64,000 bases of DNA, from positions 187,798-251,797 of the forward strand of contig JBJBCN010000002.1 in assembly GCA_047285805.1 (NCBI GenBank), in the 5' to 3' direction. Within the stretch, counting starts at the first letter, position 1, and each line of letters begins with the position of its first letter. Both the position numbers and the translations under genes were made by a program. Source of the stretch: Synechococcus sp. Its GTDB lineage: Bacteria > Cyanobacteriota > Cyanobacteriia > PCC-6307 > Cyanobiaceae. The notes below the pieces were generated by a model. That model searched no databases, was not told where the DNA came from, and saw nothing but the letters and a program-made list of their open reading frames with translations. Positions 8,657-18,995 of the stretch are shown piece by piece.

Positions 8657-9640
8657 CTAACGTCGGGTCTTGGCAGCATCCCGGGCGGCGTAGGCGGTGA
8701 CCAGGCGCTGCACTAGGGGATGGCGCACCACGTCAGCGGCACTGAGCCGGCAGACCGCGATGCCCTCGACCCCCTCCAGCACCTGTGCGGCCTCGATTAA
8801 GCCGCTCAGTTGACCCTGGGGCAGATCGATCTGGGTTGGGTCCCCGGTGACGACCATCTTTGAGCCCTCACCCAGGCGGGTCAGCACCATTCGCATTTGC
8901 GCCGGGGTGGTGTTCTGGGCCTCATCAAGGATCACGAAGGCCTCGGCCAGGGTGCGTCCTCGCATGTAGGCCAGCGGGGCCACCTCGATCACGTTCTTCT
9001 CGATCAGGGCCGCCGTGCGCTCCTGTCCGAGCAGAGTGTGCAGTGCGTCGTAGAGGGGGCGCAGGAAGGGGTCGACCTTCTGCTGAAGATCACCGGGCAG
9101 AAAGCCAAGGCGCTCTCCGGCTTCCACGGCGGGGCGGGTCAGGATCAGCCGCTCGACCTTGCGCTCCTGCAGCGCGCGCACGGCTTGAACGGCCGCCAGG
9201 AATGTCTTGCCGGTGCCAGCGGGACCTAAGGCAAAGGTGAGGTCGTGGCGCTCGATCGCCTCGACGTAGGTCTTTTGCTTGAGGGTGCGAGGGCGCAGCA
9301 GCTTGCCGTTTTGGCTGCGGGCCAGAACCTGCTTGCTCAGTTGTTGGTGCTCCTCCCCGCGGCCTGTATCCAGGGCGGAGAGGGCGGTTTGCAAATCCAC
9401 CTGGGTGACGCTCTGCCCCTCTTGCCAGAGGGGACGCAGCAGTTCAACCAGGCCGGCGGCCCGCTCCAGCTGGGTGGGGCGGCCTCGCAGTTGCAGCGAA
9501 AGACCCCGCAAGACCAGCGAAGCACCAGTCAGGGCTTCGAGGCGATGCAGGGTCGATTCAGCTTCACCGGCCAAGGCCATTGCGGCGTCCTGGTCGGGAA
9601 GATCGATGGTGAAGGCCGTGAGGCTTTCAGCCCCGGGCAT
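8657..9640 (-). CDS. phoH: PhoH family ATPase
   Basis: GPAGTGKT, LTRPAVEAGERLGFLPGDL, LAYMRGRTL, ILDEAQN, VVRHPLV. Confidence 0.93.
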   Translation of the reverse strand: MPGAESLTAFTIDLPDQDAAMALAGEAESTLHRLEALTGASLVLRGLSLQLRGRPTQLERAAGLVELLRPLWQEGQSVTQVDLQTALSALDTGRGEEHQQLSKQVLARSQNGKLLRPRTLKQKTYVEAIERHDLTFALGPAGTGKTFLAAVQAVRALQERKVERLILTRPAVEAGERLGFLPGDLQQKVDPFLRPLYDALHTLLGQERTAALIEKNVIEVAPLAYMRGRTLAEAFVILDEAQNTTPAQMRMVLTRLGEGSKMVVTGDPTQIDLPQGQLSGLIEAAQVLEGVEGIAVCRLSAADVVRHPLVQRLVTAYAARDAAKTRR

Positions 9641-9651
9641 GGGGGAAGGCC

Positions 9652-10044
9652 TCAGGCTTCGGTGGCTTCTTCAGCGGGAGCCTCTTCGGCGGCAGCGGCG
9701 GCTTCAGCAGCCTTGGCTTCTGCAGCTTCCTTGGCGGCCTGCTTGGCAGCAGCCTCGCGGATGGCGGCTTGCTTCTTCTGGCCGACGACCACGGAGGGAC
9801 GCACTTTCTTCTCGATCAGACCGCCGCGCTCAAGAAGGGTTTGCACAACCTCGGTGGGCTGGGCGCCCTGGGCGAGACGGGCACGGATGGCCTCGGTGTC
9901 AAGACGGGTCTCCTTGGTGCGGGGGTTGTAGAAGCCCAGCTCCTCGAGGGGACGACCGTCGCGGCGTGAGGTGCTGTTGCAGGCCACCAGGCGGAAGCTC
10001 GCTTCCCGCTTCTTACCGAACCGCTTCAGGCGGAGCTTGATCAT
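9652..10044 (-). CDS. rpsP: 30S ribosomal protein S16
   Basis: [12 protein letters not shown]...[15 protein letters not shown]; Ala/Glu/Lys-rich tail; the true start is ATG 10044, inside the longer track ORF. Confidence 0.97.
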   Translation of the reverse strand: MIKLRLKRFGKKREASFRLVACNSTSRRDGRPLEELGFYNPRTKETRLDTEAIRARLAQGAQPTEVVQTLLERGGLIEKKVRPSVVVGQKKQAAIREAAAKQAAKEAAEAKAAEAAAAAEEAPAEEATEA

Positions 10045-10135
10045 TGTGGCCTTGCCTTGCTGACTGGATAAACGCGCGGTGACTCCCCAGGGAATCGCGC
10101 GCAAACGACAACAATACTCTCTGGGGTGACGCCCC

Positions 10136-11611
10136 TCAGAGCTCGCCGAAGCCTTTGCGCTTCTTGGCGGGTTTGGCGGCTTTGGGCATGCCGCCGCCAC
10201 GGCCACCACGGCCGGCGGGAGCGCCGCCCGTGCCAGGCATTCCCCCCATCCCAGGCATCCCACCCATCCCGGGGAATCCGCCCATGCCCGGCATTCCGGG
10301 CATGCCTCCACCGCGTGTCATTTGCTGCATGAACCCCCGCATCTGCTGGAAGTTCTGCAGAACCTTGTCAACATCGGCTGGGGTGTGGCCACTGCCGCTG
10401 GCGATGCGCCGCCGCCGGGAGGGATTGGCGGCGAGCAGGTCCGGGTCGCTGCGCTCCGCCTCGGTCATGGAGCCAATCATTGCTTCGATCTTCTTGAGCT
10501 GCTCTTCGCCCTGCTTGAGCATGCCGTCGTCGATCTTGTTCATCCCCGGGATCATTTTCATGAGACCGCCCAGGGAGCCCATGCGCTTGATCAGGCGCAT
10601 CTGCTTAACGAAGTCCGAGAAGTCGAAGGTGGCTTCTTGGAGCTTCTGCTGCATCTTGGCTACATCGGCCAGCTCGACCTCCTTCTGGGCCTTCTCCACC
10701 AGGGTCAGGACGTCGCCCATGCCGAGGATCCGGCTGGCCATCCGTTCGGGGTGGAAGGGCTGCAGCGCCTCCACTTTTTCCCCCGTACCGATGAATTTGA
10801 TCGGTGCCCCGCTGACCTTGCGGATAGAGAGCGCCGCACCGCCGCGGGAGTCACCGTCTAGCTTGGTGAGGACCGCACCGGTGATGCCCACCTGATCGTG
10901 GAAGGTGCGGGTGAGTTCAGCGGCCTCCTGACCGATCATTGAGTCAACCACCAGCAGCACTTCATCGGGCTGGACGGCTTCTCGGATCCGGACCATCTCG
11001 TCCATCATCGAGGTGTCGATCTGGAGGCGACCGGCGGTGTCCACCAGCACGGTGTCGAAGCCCTCAGCCTTGGCCTTTTCAATGCCCGCGGCGGCGATGG
11101 CTTCCGGCTTGGCTTCGGTGCCCAGGCTGAAGACCTCAACGTCGATCTGGCTGCCGAGGGTTTTCAGCTGGTCGATGGCCGCCGGGCGGTAGACGTCAGC
11201 GCCCACCAGCAGGGCCTTGCGTCCTTTCTCCTTGAGGTGAAGGCCGAGCTTGGCGGTGGCGGTGGTCTTACCAGCGCCCTGCAGGCCCGCCATCAAGACG
11301 ACGGCTGGGGCCCCTTCTTTGCCGGCAGCAGCCAGAGGAGCGTTTTCGCCGCCCATGGTCTCCACGAGCTGCTCGTGGACCACCTGGATGAATTTCTGGT
11401 CAGGGCTGATGCCCCGCACCACCTCTTCACCTAGTGCCTTCTTGCGGACCTCTTCCACGAAGTCCTTGACCACCGGAAGGCTGACATCGGCCTCGAGCAG
11501 GGCCCGGCGCACGTCCTTAAGTGCCCCCTCGATATTGCCTTCGCTGATGGCCCCCTGACCACGCAGGTTCTTGACGGCATCTTCAAACCGTTGGGAGAGC
11601 TCGTCGAACAT
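10136..11611 (-). CDS. ffh: Signal recognition particle protein
   Basis: [42 protein letters not shown] domain. Confidence 0.98.
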   Translation of the reverse strand: MFDELSQRFEDAVKNLRGQGAISEGNIEGALKDVRRALLEADVSLPVVKDFVEEVRKKALGEEVVRGISPDQKFIQVVHEQLVETMGGENAPLAAAGKEGAPAVVLMAGLQGAGKTTATAKLGLHLKEKGRKALLVGADVYRPAAIDQLKTLGSQIDVEVFSLGTEAKPEAIAAAGIEKAKAEGFDTVLVDTAGRLQIDTSMMDEMVRIREAVQPDEVLLVVDSMIGQEAAELTRTFHDQVGITGAVLTKLDGDSRGGAALSIRKVSGAPIKFIGTGEKVEALQPFHPERMASRILGMGDVLTLVEKAQKEVELADVAKMQQKLQEATFDFSDFVKQMRLIKRMGSLGGLMKMIPGMNKIDDGMLKQGEEQLKKIEAMIGSMTEAERSDPDLLAANPSRRRRIASGSGHTPADVDKVLQNFQQMRGFMQQMTRGGGMPGMPGMGGFPGMGGMPGMGGMPGTGGAPAGRGGRGGGMPKAAKPAKKRKGFGEL

Positions 11612-11671
11612 GGGGACGCCTGTGATGAACCGATCGTAAAAAGCGACCGTCTCTTGGGGGCGTCCGAGGGC

Positions 11672-13645
11672 TCAGTTCTTGGCGGTGGGCGTGTAGGCGA
11701 CCAGCTGCCAGCTGCCGTTTTGGCGGCCAAAGATATAGGTGTTGCGCAGCGTTATCTCTGGGGTGCGGCTAAGGATCTTGCCGCCACTGGTCTTGAGTTC
11801 GTCGCTATAGGTCATCGCTACCTGGGCGGCGATGCGCACCGGTGAGCGAGCGCTGATCTTGAAGCCGGTGATGCTGGTGGTCACCGTTTCCGTGGCGTCG
11901 CGCTGGCGGTTGGCCTGGCTCTGGCGCTGCAGCCGCTGGATCTGATTGGGACGGGCCAGATCCGACAGGCTCTCGCTCGGTGCACCGCCGGCGAGGACCG
12001 CGGCTTTTTCCTTGAGCCAGACCTCGAGCAGGTCCTGCAATTGCGTGGCGCTGGGGTCGGGATTGGTCAGGGGGAAGGGGGCCGCCTGGACAGGAGCAGC
12101 CGGAGCGGCAGCTTTTGGTTGGACGAGGGCCGCGACCTTTTCGCTGCTGGCGGCTTCAGGATCGCCACCGCGGGGCTTGAGAGCCATTAAGCCTCCAAGA
12201 CCAATCACGCCGATGGCGACGGCTGCACCAACGGGCATGCCCCAGCTGGGGAGCTCTTGGATTTGCTCCTGCAGGTTGCCCAGCAGCTCGGCCAGTCGCC
12301 CGCGGGAGCCATCCCACACCTCGTCGTCGTCCTCTTGGTCCTCACTGATCTCGAGGCTGGTTGGCGGCTCATTGCTGCCCGGCAGGTCGAAGTTCGGCCA
12401 GTCGCCAAAGCCCGTGCTGGTGTCCGTCGCCGCCGGCACCTCGAAACTGGGTTTGGCATTGAACTGGCGGCCGCGGATGCGGTCCTGTTGGTCGATGTAG
12501 GCCTGGACATCCCGGTCGGCGAACCAGGCATCGAGGTTCGCGTCGACATCGATGTCGCGGAAGCCCTCCAGCACCTCGCGGGTCAACCAGTCGCGGCAGT
12601 AGGCGCAGAGGCGAGCCAAGGGGTCATCTCCCTGCTCCATCGCCCATTGCTTCAGGGCGGCGTCGGCGCCCTCATCAAAGAAGCGCTCTGCTTCATCGAC
12701 CTGACCGAGCAGAAGTTGCTGACAGGAGAGGAAGACCTCGATCCCGGGCTGTCCGCTGATCTTGAGGCGTTCGTAGGCCTCGAGGATCCGTTCGGGTTTG
12801 CGCTGGGAGAAGCCCGAGGCCGTCAGGGCAAAGCTCGCGAGGAAGTCGGCGGTGGCGGAACCTCTATCGCCCCATCGGCTGAAGAGCTCGACTTGCTCTT
12901 GGGCCGTCAGGAACTGGCGGATCTGCTTGAAGAACGACTGGAACTCGCTTTGGGGGAAGGTCAGATCGGTGTGGCCCTCGAGGCCACCGCGCTGCTGCAC
13001 CAGTTGCTCCAGCAGGGCGATGCCCTGTTGTCGGGAGCTGCTGGCGGAGAGGTCGCGGCTGATCAGATCGAGCACGCGATAGGGAAGCAGTTCCTTGAGG
13101 TCCTGCTCGAGCTTGCGCCGTTGCTCGGCCTGTTGGCCCATGCGTTGCAGCAGCTGCAGGCCCTGTTGCAGGGTCAGGGCGGCCGCTTCATAGCGGCGTT
13201 GGTCGCGGTAATCCCGGGCGGTGCTCTGGCAGGCCAGTCCGGCGAGCAGGGTCAGGTCGGCTTCGCGGCTGCTGCCCAGGGCGGGGGCTTGGGGCGGCTG
13301 CAGTCCGCGGGAGGCGCTATCGAAGGCTTCCTGGGATTGGCCGGCCTCCATTAAGAGCAGAAGACCACCGACTTCCCGGGACGGGGGGATCTCCAGGGCG
13401 GCGATGGAGCCGTTGGCGTTGTCTGCGATAGCCGTCAGTTCCCGCTCGTAGGCCTGGCGGCGAGTCTCATCGCTCAGCAGGTCGGCGCTGGCTTCGAGCA
13501 GTTCGCCTCGGGCCTGGAGGGTGTCTTGGGTAAAGCCTTGGTCTGGAACGCGATCAAGCCGATGCTGCAAAGTCCGCAGCACGCTCTGCCGGTCGGAGCT
13601 GGCATTCACGCCGAGCAGGCGGAAGTGGTCGATCGGCAGTTCCAA
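11672..13645 (-). CDS. ftn2: Cell division protein Ftn2/ARC6
   Basis: MELPIDHFRLLGV J-like N-terminus, LPYRVLDL, TM segment, C-terminal IMS-like domain. Confidence 0.88.
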   Translation of the reverse strand: MELPIDHFRLLGVNASSDRQSVLRTLQHRLDRVPDQGFTQDTLQARGELLEASADLLSDETRRQAYERELTAIADNANGSIAALEIPPSREVGGLLLLMEAGQSQEAFDSASRGLQPPQAPALGSSREADLTLLAGLACQSTARDYRDQRRYEAAALTLQQGLQLLQRMGQQAEQRRKLEQDLKELLPYRVLDLISRDLSASSSRQQGIALLEQLVQQRGGLEGHTDLTFPQSEFQSFFKQIRQFLTAQEQVELFSRWGDRGSATADFLASFALTASGFSQRKPERILEAYERLKISGQPGIEVFLSCQQLLLGQVDEAERFFDEGADAALKQWAMEQGDDPLARLCAYCRDWLTREVLEGFRDIDVDANLDAWFADRDVQAYIDQQDRIRGRQFNAKPSFEVPAATDTSTGFGDWPNFDLPGSNEPPTSLEISEDQEDDDEVWDGSRGRLAELLGNLQEQIQELPSWGMPVGAAVAIGVIGLGGLMALKPRGGDPEAASSEKVAALVQPKAAAPAAPVQAAPFPLTNPDPSATQLQDLLEVWLKEKAAVLAGGAPSESLSDLARPNQIQRLQRQSQANRQRDATETVTTSITGFKISARSPVRIAAQVAMTYSDELKTSGGKILSRTPEITLRNTYIFGRQNGSWQLVAYTPTAKN

Positions 13646-13786
13646 ATTGAGCTCGGATTGGCGGGAGCTAATCGGACGTGACTGTAGGCAGAGTCTTCGG
13701 TTTTGGCCGTCCTTCGTGCACCTTTTGGAGATGGACCCCGTACAGTCAGGCCAGCACCAGAGTCCCCGGAGAGCAGGACCTCAGCA

Positions 13787-14896
13787 ATGACACAGGCCGA
13801 TCTTGGACAGGGCGTGGCCACCAGTGGTGCTCCCTCCTGCTCCGCCGATGTCAATCAGGTCGGCTTGCACGCTGAGCGGCTGATGAGCCTCTATCCCTCT
13901 ACTCCGGCAACGGTGACGCGGGATGAGGGCCTAATGCTTTACCGCGACATGACCCTTGGCCGGCGCTTTGAAGATAAGTGCGCCGAGATGTACTACCGCG
14001 GAAAGATGTTCGGCTTTGTTCATCTCTACAACGGCCAAGAGGCCGTGAGTACGGGGGTGATCAAGGCGATGAAGATGCAGCACGACTGGTTCTGCAGCAC
14101 CTACCGCGATCACGTTCACGCCCTGAGCTGCGGCGTGACGGCCCGGGAGGTTATGAGCGAGCTGTTCGGTAAGGAGACCGGCTGCAGCAAGGGCCGTGGC
14201 GGCTCCATGCACCTCTTCTCCAAGGAGCACCACCTTTTGGGTGGTTATGCCTTCATCGGTGAGGGCATTCCCGTGGCCCTGGGTGCGGCCTTCACCAGCC
14301 GCTACAAGCGCGATGCCCTCGGCGACTCCAGCAGCGACGCCGTGACCGCGGCCTTCTTCGGCGACGGCACCTGCAACATTGGTCAATTCTACGAGTGCCT
14401 GAACATGGCGGCGCTCTGGAAGCTGCCGATCATTTTCGTGGTCGAGAACAACAAGTGGGCCATCGGCATGGACCACAACCGCGCCACCAGTGACCCGGAG
14501 ATCTGGCGTAAGGCGGCCGCCTTCGGGATGGCCGGCGAAGAAGTCGACGGCATGGATGTTTTGGCGGTACGGGGTGCAGCCCAGCGCGCGATCGAGCGGG
14601 CCCGCTCTGGTGAAGGTCCCACGGTGCTCGAGTGCCTGACCTACCGCTTCCGCGGCCACTCCCTGGCGGACCCCGACGAACTACGGGCGGAGGCCGAGAA
14701 GGAGTTCTGGGCCCAGCGTGATCCGATCAAGCGCCTGGCGGCTCACCTGATCGAGCACAACCTGGCGACGGTTGAGGAACTGAAGGCGATCGAGAAGGAG
14801 ATTGACGCCGAGGTGGCCGATTGCGTCGAGTTCGCCCTGGCGGCTCCCGAGCCCAAGCCGGAAGAGCTCACCCGCTACATCTGGGCTGAGGACTGA
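13787..14896 (+). CDS. pdhA: Pyruvate dehydrogenase E1 alpha subunit
   Basis: [23 protein letters not shown]...NN TPP motif, [13 protein letters not shown]. Confidence 0.96.
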   Translation: MTQADLGQGVATSGAPSCSADVNQVGLHAERLMSLYPSTPATVTRDEGLMLYRDMTLGRRFEDKCAEMYYRGKMFGFVHLYNGQEAVSTGVIKAMKMQHDWFCSTYRDHVHALSCGVTAREVMSELFGKETGCSKGRGGSMHLFSKEHHLLGGYAFIGEGIPVALGAAFTSRYKRDALGDSSSDAVTAAFFGDGTCNIGQFYECLNMAALWKLPIIFVVENNKWAIGMDHNRATSDPEIWRKAAAFGMAGEEVDGMDVLAVRGAAQRAIERARSGEGPTVLECLTYRFRGHSLADPDELRAEAEKEFWAQRDPIKRLAAHLIEHNLATVEELKAIEKEIDAEVADCVEFALAAPEPKPEELTRYIWAED

Positions 14897-14906
14897 TCTC
14901 CCGTTG

Positions 14907-15821
14907 TTAAAGCCCGTGTAAACGGGCTTGCTCGTTGGCGGCCCGGAAGACCAGGCCGTGGCGCCGCACGAGGGGTTTGAGTTCGTCGTAGCCACCGCCA
15001 ATCACCGTGGCGATTGGAATGTTGCGCCGCAGGCAGCTGTCCAGCACCAACCGGTCCCGGTTGAGCAGGCCGTGGTTGCTGAGTTGGAGTCGGCCGAGCC
15101 GGTCCTCACGGTGGGGGTCAACGCCGGCGTTGTAGAGCACTAAATCAGGTTGCTCTTGATCGAGCAGGGTTGGAATCAGATCGCCAATCGCCTCCAGATA
15201 GGCGTCGTCTCCGAGGCCATCGTCTAAGGCCAGGTCGACATCGCTTTGTTTTTTGCGCAGCGGAAAGTTACTGCCGCAGTGCACCGAGAGGGTGAAGACC
15301 CTGGGCTCGTCGGCAAAGATCACGGCGGTGGCATCCCCCTGGTGCACATCCAGGTCGATCACCATCAGTCGCTGCACCTGCCCTTCGGCCAGCAGGACCT
15401 GGGCGGTAACCGCGCAGTCGTTGAAGATGCAGAAGCCGCTGCCGTGGTCGGGGTAGGCGTGGTGGGTGCCTCCGGCCAGGTGGCAGGATACACCGTGCTC
15501 CAGGGCCAGCCTGGCCGTCAGCAGGGATCCGCCCACCGCCAGCCAGGTGCGTTGCACCAAGGGGGTCGTGGCCGGTAGGCCTATGCGGCGCTGCTCAGCT
15601 GGCAGCAGCTCACCGCGGGCGAAGGCCTGGTGGTACCGGCGGTTATGGGTGAGCTCAAGCCAGCGCCTGGGTACTGGCAGCGGGCGATGGATTTGCTCGT
15701 CCCGCGCAATCCCCTGTTCCTCCAGCAGGGTGCGGAGGAGTTTGAACTTCGCCATCGGGAATCGATGGCTACTGGGCAAGGGGGCCGAGTAGGCCGGGTG
15801 GTATACGAGCGGCAGGCGCAC
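14907..15821 (-). CDS. Histone deacetylase family protein
   Basis: HRFPM.K, GGTHHA, GFCIFND, DLDVHQGD, GGGY. Confidence 0.92.
   Translation of the reverse strand: MRLPLVYHPAYSAPLPSSHRFPMAKFKLLRTLLEEQGIARDEQIHRPLPVPRRWLELTHNRRYHQAFARGELLPAEQRRIGLPATTPLVQRTWLAVGGSLLTARLALEHGVSCHLAGGTHHAYPDHGSGFCIFNDCAVTAQVLLAEGQVQRLMVIDLDVHQGDATAVIFADEPRVFTLSVHCGSNFPLRKKQSDVDLALDDGLGDDAYLEAIGDLIPTLLDQEQPDLVLYNAGVDPHREDRLGRLQLSNHGLLNRDRLVLDSCLRRNIPIATVIGGGYDELKPLVRRHGLVFRAANEQARLHGL
14910..14929. terminator. Hairpin at the pdhA/HDAC convergence
   Basis: aagcccgt-gtaa-acgggctt. Confidence 0.45.
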
Positions 15822-15830
15822 CGGGCGTGA

Positions 15831-16001
15831 TCAGTCCTCGTCGCCGTCGAACTCTTCGTCGAAGAGGGTGTCCCGCAGCAGACGGTCGACGAGCAGCCCC
15901 ATGTCATCGAGCTGGAGTTGCTGCATCAGCAGCTCGAGTTCTTTGATCACCGGCTCCGAGAGCCGCAGGGTGATCGGAAGGGTGTCTTCTCCGCCGAGCA
16001 T
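15831..16001 (-). CDS. 56-aa acidic small protein, ribbon-helix-helix-like
   Basis: Manual translation MLGGEDTLPITLRLSEPVIKELELLMQQLQLDDMGLLVDRLLRDTLFDEEFDGDED; GC-rich third positions; below the ORF-track cutoff. Confidence 0.6.
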   Translation of the reverse strand: MLGGEDTLPITLRLSEPVIKELELLMQQLQLDDMGLLVDRLLRDTLFDEEFDGDED

Positions 16002-16072
16002 TGCGGGTGAGCGCTAAGTCAACCAAGTCTGGCGGAAACGGGGCTACAAAGGAGTGCAATCAAGGGATCGCG

Positions 16073-16297
16073 ATGGCTCCGGTTTGGCTGGTGATTTTGT
16101 TTTGGTCCGGGTCCGTCCATGGCGGCACCGCCATGCAAACGCTGCCGATGAAGACCTTCGCCGACTGCCAGAAGTCCCGCGACATGCTGATGGCCCAGCT
16201 CAAGACGAGCCGGGTAAGCAAGAGCAAGGCCCTCAATAGTTTCTGCATTTCTGGATCCGAGCTGCCAGTGGCGGCAGCCTCGGTTCCCGAGTCCTAG
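16073..16297 (+). CDS. Small hypothetical protein with hydrophobic N-terminus and two Cys
   Basis: MAPVWLVILFWSG...ADCQK...FCISG; host-like codons. Confidence 0.55.
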   Translation: MAPVWLVILFWSGSVHGGTAMQTLPMKTFADCQKSRDMLMAQLKTSRVSKSKALNSFCISGSELPVAAASVPES

Positions 16298-17226
16298 ATC
16301 GCGGTCGGCACTCGCCGGGTGAGGTGGCGCAGCTTGCGCAGGGCCTTGAGCTCCACCTGGCGCACTCGCTCGCGGGAGACCTCGAGCATGCGGCCGATTT
16401 CAGCGAGGGTGTGGCGATCCTCGCCTTCGAGGCCAAAGCGCAGTTCCAGTACCTGACGCTCTTGGTCGGTCAGGTGCGTGAGCCAGCGGCCGAGCTGCTC
16501 CTGATGGATGCCGCGCTCCACCTGATCGAGGGGTTCGCTGTTGGTCTGATCGGCAATCAGCTCTCCCAGGAAACTGCGGCCCTCTTCGCCATTGACCGGG
16601 GCATCCAGGCTGGAGGTGGTGAGGGCCTGGCGCAGTAGCGAGTCGAGCTCGTCGAGGGGCATGTCCATCTCTTCCGCAATCTCCTTGCGGCTGGGCATGG
16701 CGCCGAGTTTGTGGGCAAGCTCGAGGCTGACCTTGCGGATCGCGGTCAGTCGTTCGGAGAGATGGACCGGCAGGCGGATGGTGCGGGACTGACAGGCGAT
16801 GGCCCGCGTCATGCTCTGGCGGATCCACCAGAAGGCATAGGTCGAGAACTTGTAGCCGCGGGTCGGATCAAATTTCTCGACCGCGCGCTCGAGGCCTAGG
16901 GAACCCTCCTGGATTAGATCGAGGAGCTCTAGGCCTTTGCCTTGGTATTTCTTGGCGACGCTGACGACGAGTCGCAGGTTGGCCTTCATCATCCGCTCTT
17001 TGGAGCGGCGGCCGACCCGCATGATCTTTTTCTCGTGAGTTGTATAACTGTCGCCTTTGTCTTCTTCGGCAAGCCGCATCATGGTCTGCACTTGATTACC
17101 CAGTTCAATCTCTTCGGCGGGAGTCAACAGAGGAACCCGGCCAATTGTCGAGAGGTACCAACTAATTGGATCGCTACTGCGGCGACGACTAGCGCTGTTG
17201 GCGTTGGAGCTGGCGGCGGGTGCCAT
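16294..17226 (-). CDS. Group 2 RNA polymerase sigma-70 factor
   Basis: ANLRLVVSVAKKY, DLIQEG..GL.RAVEKFD..RGYKFSTYA.WWIRQ, region 4 TL.EIG....VSRERVRQ. Confidence 0.95.
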   Translation of the reverse strand: MAPAASSNANSASRRRSSDPISWYLSTIGRVPLLTPAEEIELGNQVQTMMRLAEEDKGDSYTTHEKKIMRVGRRSKERMMKANLRLVVSVAKKYQGKGLELLDLIQEGSLGLERAVEKFDPTRGYKFSTYAFWWIRQSMTRAIACQSRTIRLPVHLSERLTAIRKVSLELAHKLGAMPSRKEIAEEMDMPLDELDSLLRQALTTSSLDAPVNGEEGRSFLGELIADQTNSEPLDQVERGIHQEQLGRWLTHLTDQERQVLELRFGLEGEDRHTLAEIGRMLEVSRERVRQVELKALRKLRHLTRRVPTAI

Positions 17227-17356
17227 GGGCTCCTCCTGAAAGGTGGGAAAAATCTCTTACGGGTTTTTTTGAAACCCTTGGGATTTCAGTAACGCTTCAG
17301 CTTTGAGATACGAAAGATCACATCACTTTTGAGACTCGTTTCCACCACTGGGCTGT

Positions 17357-18949
17357 TCAGATTCTGTTAATAACTGTGTATTGTGTTTTTCTCACAACCG
17401 CGGCCAACATTTCGGCAACCCGGCTTGGTGTGGCCCCTCCTGGGCCGTGCTGTTCGCTGGCCTTTTGACCGGCCGTGGCATGGGCGAGGGCGGCGAGCGC
17501 CAGCAAGGATCCATCGGCGGGGAGTCCGCTCGCTTGGGCCAGGGCGCCGAGCCCTCCGGCGTATCCCGCCAGGACATCCCCAAGTCCTGCCCGGGCGGCA
17601 TCGGGGCAGGCGCTGCTGAGCTGCCAGCGCGCGCCCGCTGGATCAGCGATCACGCTGCGGGCCCCTTTGAGCAGTACGGCGCAACCGCTCTGCTCGGCGG
17701 CCGCGGCGCAGGCCTCCAGGGGAGCTCGCCCGGAGAGATCCGGGAAGAGCCGTTGGAATTCGCCGCTATGGGGGGTCAGCCAGGTGGGGCCGCGCCGGCT
17801 CGTTAGCCAAGGCAAGGCGGGCCGCTGGGCGAGGCGATTGAGGCCATCGGCATCGAGCACCAGCAGGCCCGGGAAGGTCTGGAGCTGCCCCCAGATCCCG
17901 TCGTCTTCAGGGTGTTGGCCGATGCCCGGGCCGAGGACCACCGCATCGACTCGCTCCAGGGCTGAGGGTGGCAGCGGACGGAGATCAAGTGATCCATCGC
18001 TGTGGCTGGGGAGCTTGGCCGCGAGAACGGCGTGGGGCAGTTGGTTCCAGAGCTGATCGGCCACCGCCTCGGGCAGGGCCGCTCGAAGGCTTCCGAGGCC
18101 ACTGGCGCTGGCCCCCAATAGGCTAAGCAGGGCCGCGCCACGGTAGGCATCGCTGCCGGCCAGCAGCAGCAGGCGCCCCCGCTGATACTTCGTCGCCGCG
18201 GCGGCTCTCGTTGGCCAAGGGGCCGTGCTTAGGTCCGCTGCCCTCAGCCGCCTGGGCTGACTCGGGGGCAGGGCCTCGAGGAGCGGGGCAGGAAGCCCAA
18301 GTTCGATGCGCTCCAGCTCCCCCACCCAGGCCAGGGCCCGGTCCTGCAAGAAGCCCTGTTTGATAAGGCCGATGCTAAAGGTCCTTTGGGCGGTGGCGGC
18401 GACGTGCCCCAAGGGCTCGCCGCGATCGGCGCAGAGTCCTGTGGGGCCGTCGATGGCGATCAGGCGATGCGGTTGCTGCCGCTCGCGCTCCAGGAGAAGT
18501 GGCTCGAGCTCACCCTCCGGCGGCCGGCTTTGGCCGATGCCAAAGAGGGCATCGATCCAGAGGGCTGGATCCCCGGGCTCGGGCGGTGCCTTCAGTTGGG
18601 GGATCCTCAGCCAGAGGGCCTGGCGCAGGTGGCTTTCTGTGAGGGGTTTGCGCCGCTCAAAGGGGCACCAGATCCGCACGGCGATGCCGGCCAGGTGTAG
18701 CTCACGGGCGATCACGAGGCCATCGCCGCCGTTGTGGCCGGGGCCTACCAGCACGATCGCCCCATCCGCCTGGAGTGGCGACCAGCAGTCCGGCTCCTGC
18801 AGCCGCCGGCTGACGGCCAACGCGGCCTTTTCCATCAGCGCCTCCACGGGCATGCCGTTGGCGAAGAGCACCTGCTCGAGCTCGGCCATCTGCGCGCCGC
18901 TCACTAAGAGGTGGTCGGCGTCGCGGGGGGGCCAACAGGGCGGGGCCAA
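17357..18949 (-). CDS. nnr: Bifunctional NAD(P)H-hydrate epimerase/dehydratase
   Basis: GPGHNGGDG, DALFGIG, GPGIG, LDADGL, LTPH.GEF, G.GDVLAG; start approximate. Confidence 0.9.
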   Translation of the reverse strand: MAPPCWPPRDADHLLVSGAQMAELEQVLFANGMPVEALMEKAALAVSRRLQEPDCWSPLQADGAIVLVGPGHNGGDGLVIARELHLAGIAVRIWCPFERRKPLTESHLRQALWLRIPQLKAPPEPGDPALWIDALFGIGQSRPPEGELEPLLLERERQQPHRLIAIDGPTGLCADRGEPLGHVAATAQRTFSIGLIKQGFLQDRALAWVGELERIELGLPAPLLEALPPSQPRRLRAADLSTAPWPTRAAAATKYQRGRLLLLAGSDAYRGAALLSLLGASASGLGSLRAALPEAVADQLWNQLPHAVLAAKLPSHSDGSLDLRPLPPSALERVDAVVLGPGIGQHPEDDGIWGQLQTFPGLLVLDADGLNRLAQRPALPWLTSRRGPTWLTPHSGEFQRLFPDLSGRAPLEACAAAAEQSGCAVLLKGARSVIADPAGARWQLSSACPDAARAGLGDVLAGYAGGLGALAQASGLPADGSLLALAALAHATAGQKASEQHGPGGATPSRVAEMLAAVVRKTQYTVINRI

Positions 18950-18995
18950 AACGGCACTGGCGGCTGCAGTTCCATGATGGAGAGAACAGCCACTG

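Noticed and set aside
10155-10330. GGMPG repeats
   Set aside because: Ordinary low-complexity Ffh C-terminus.
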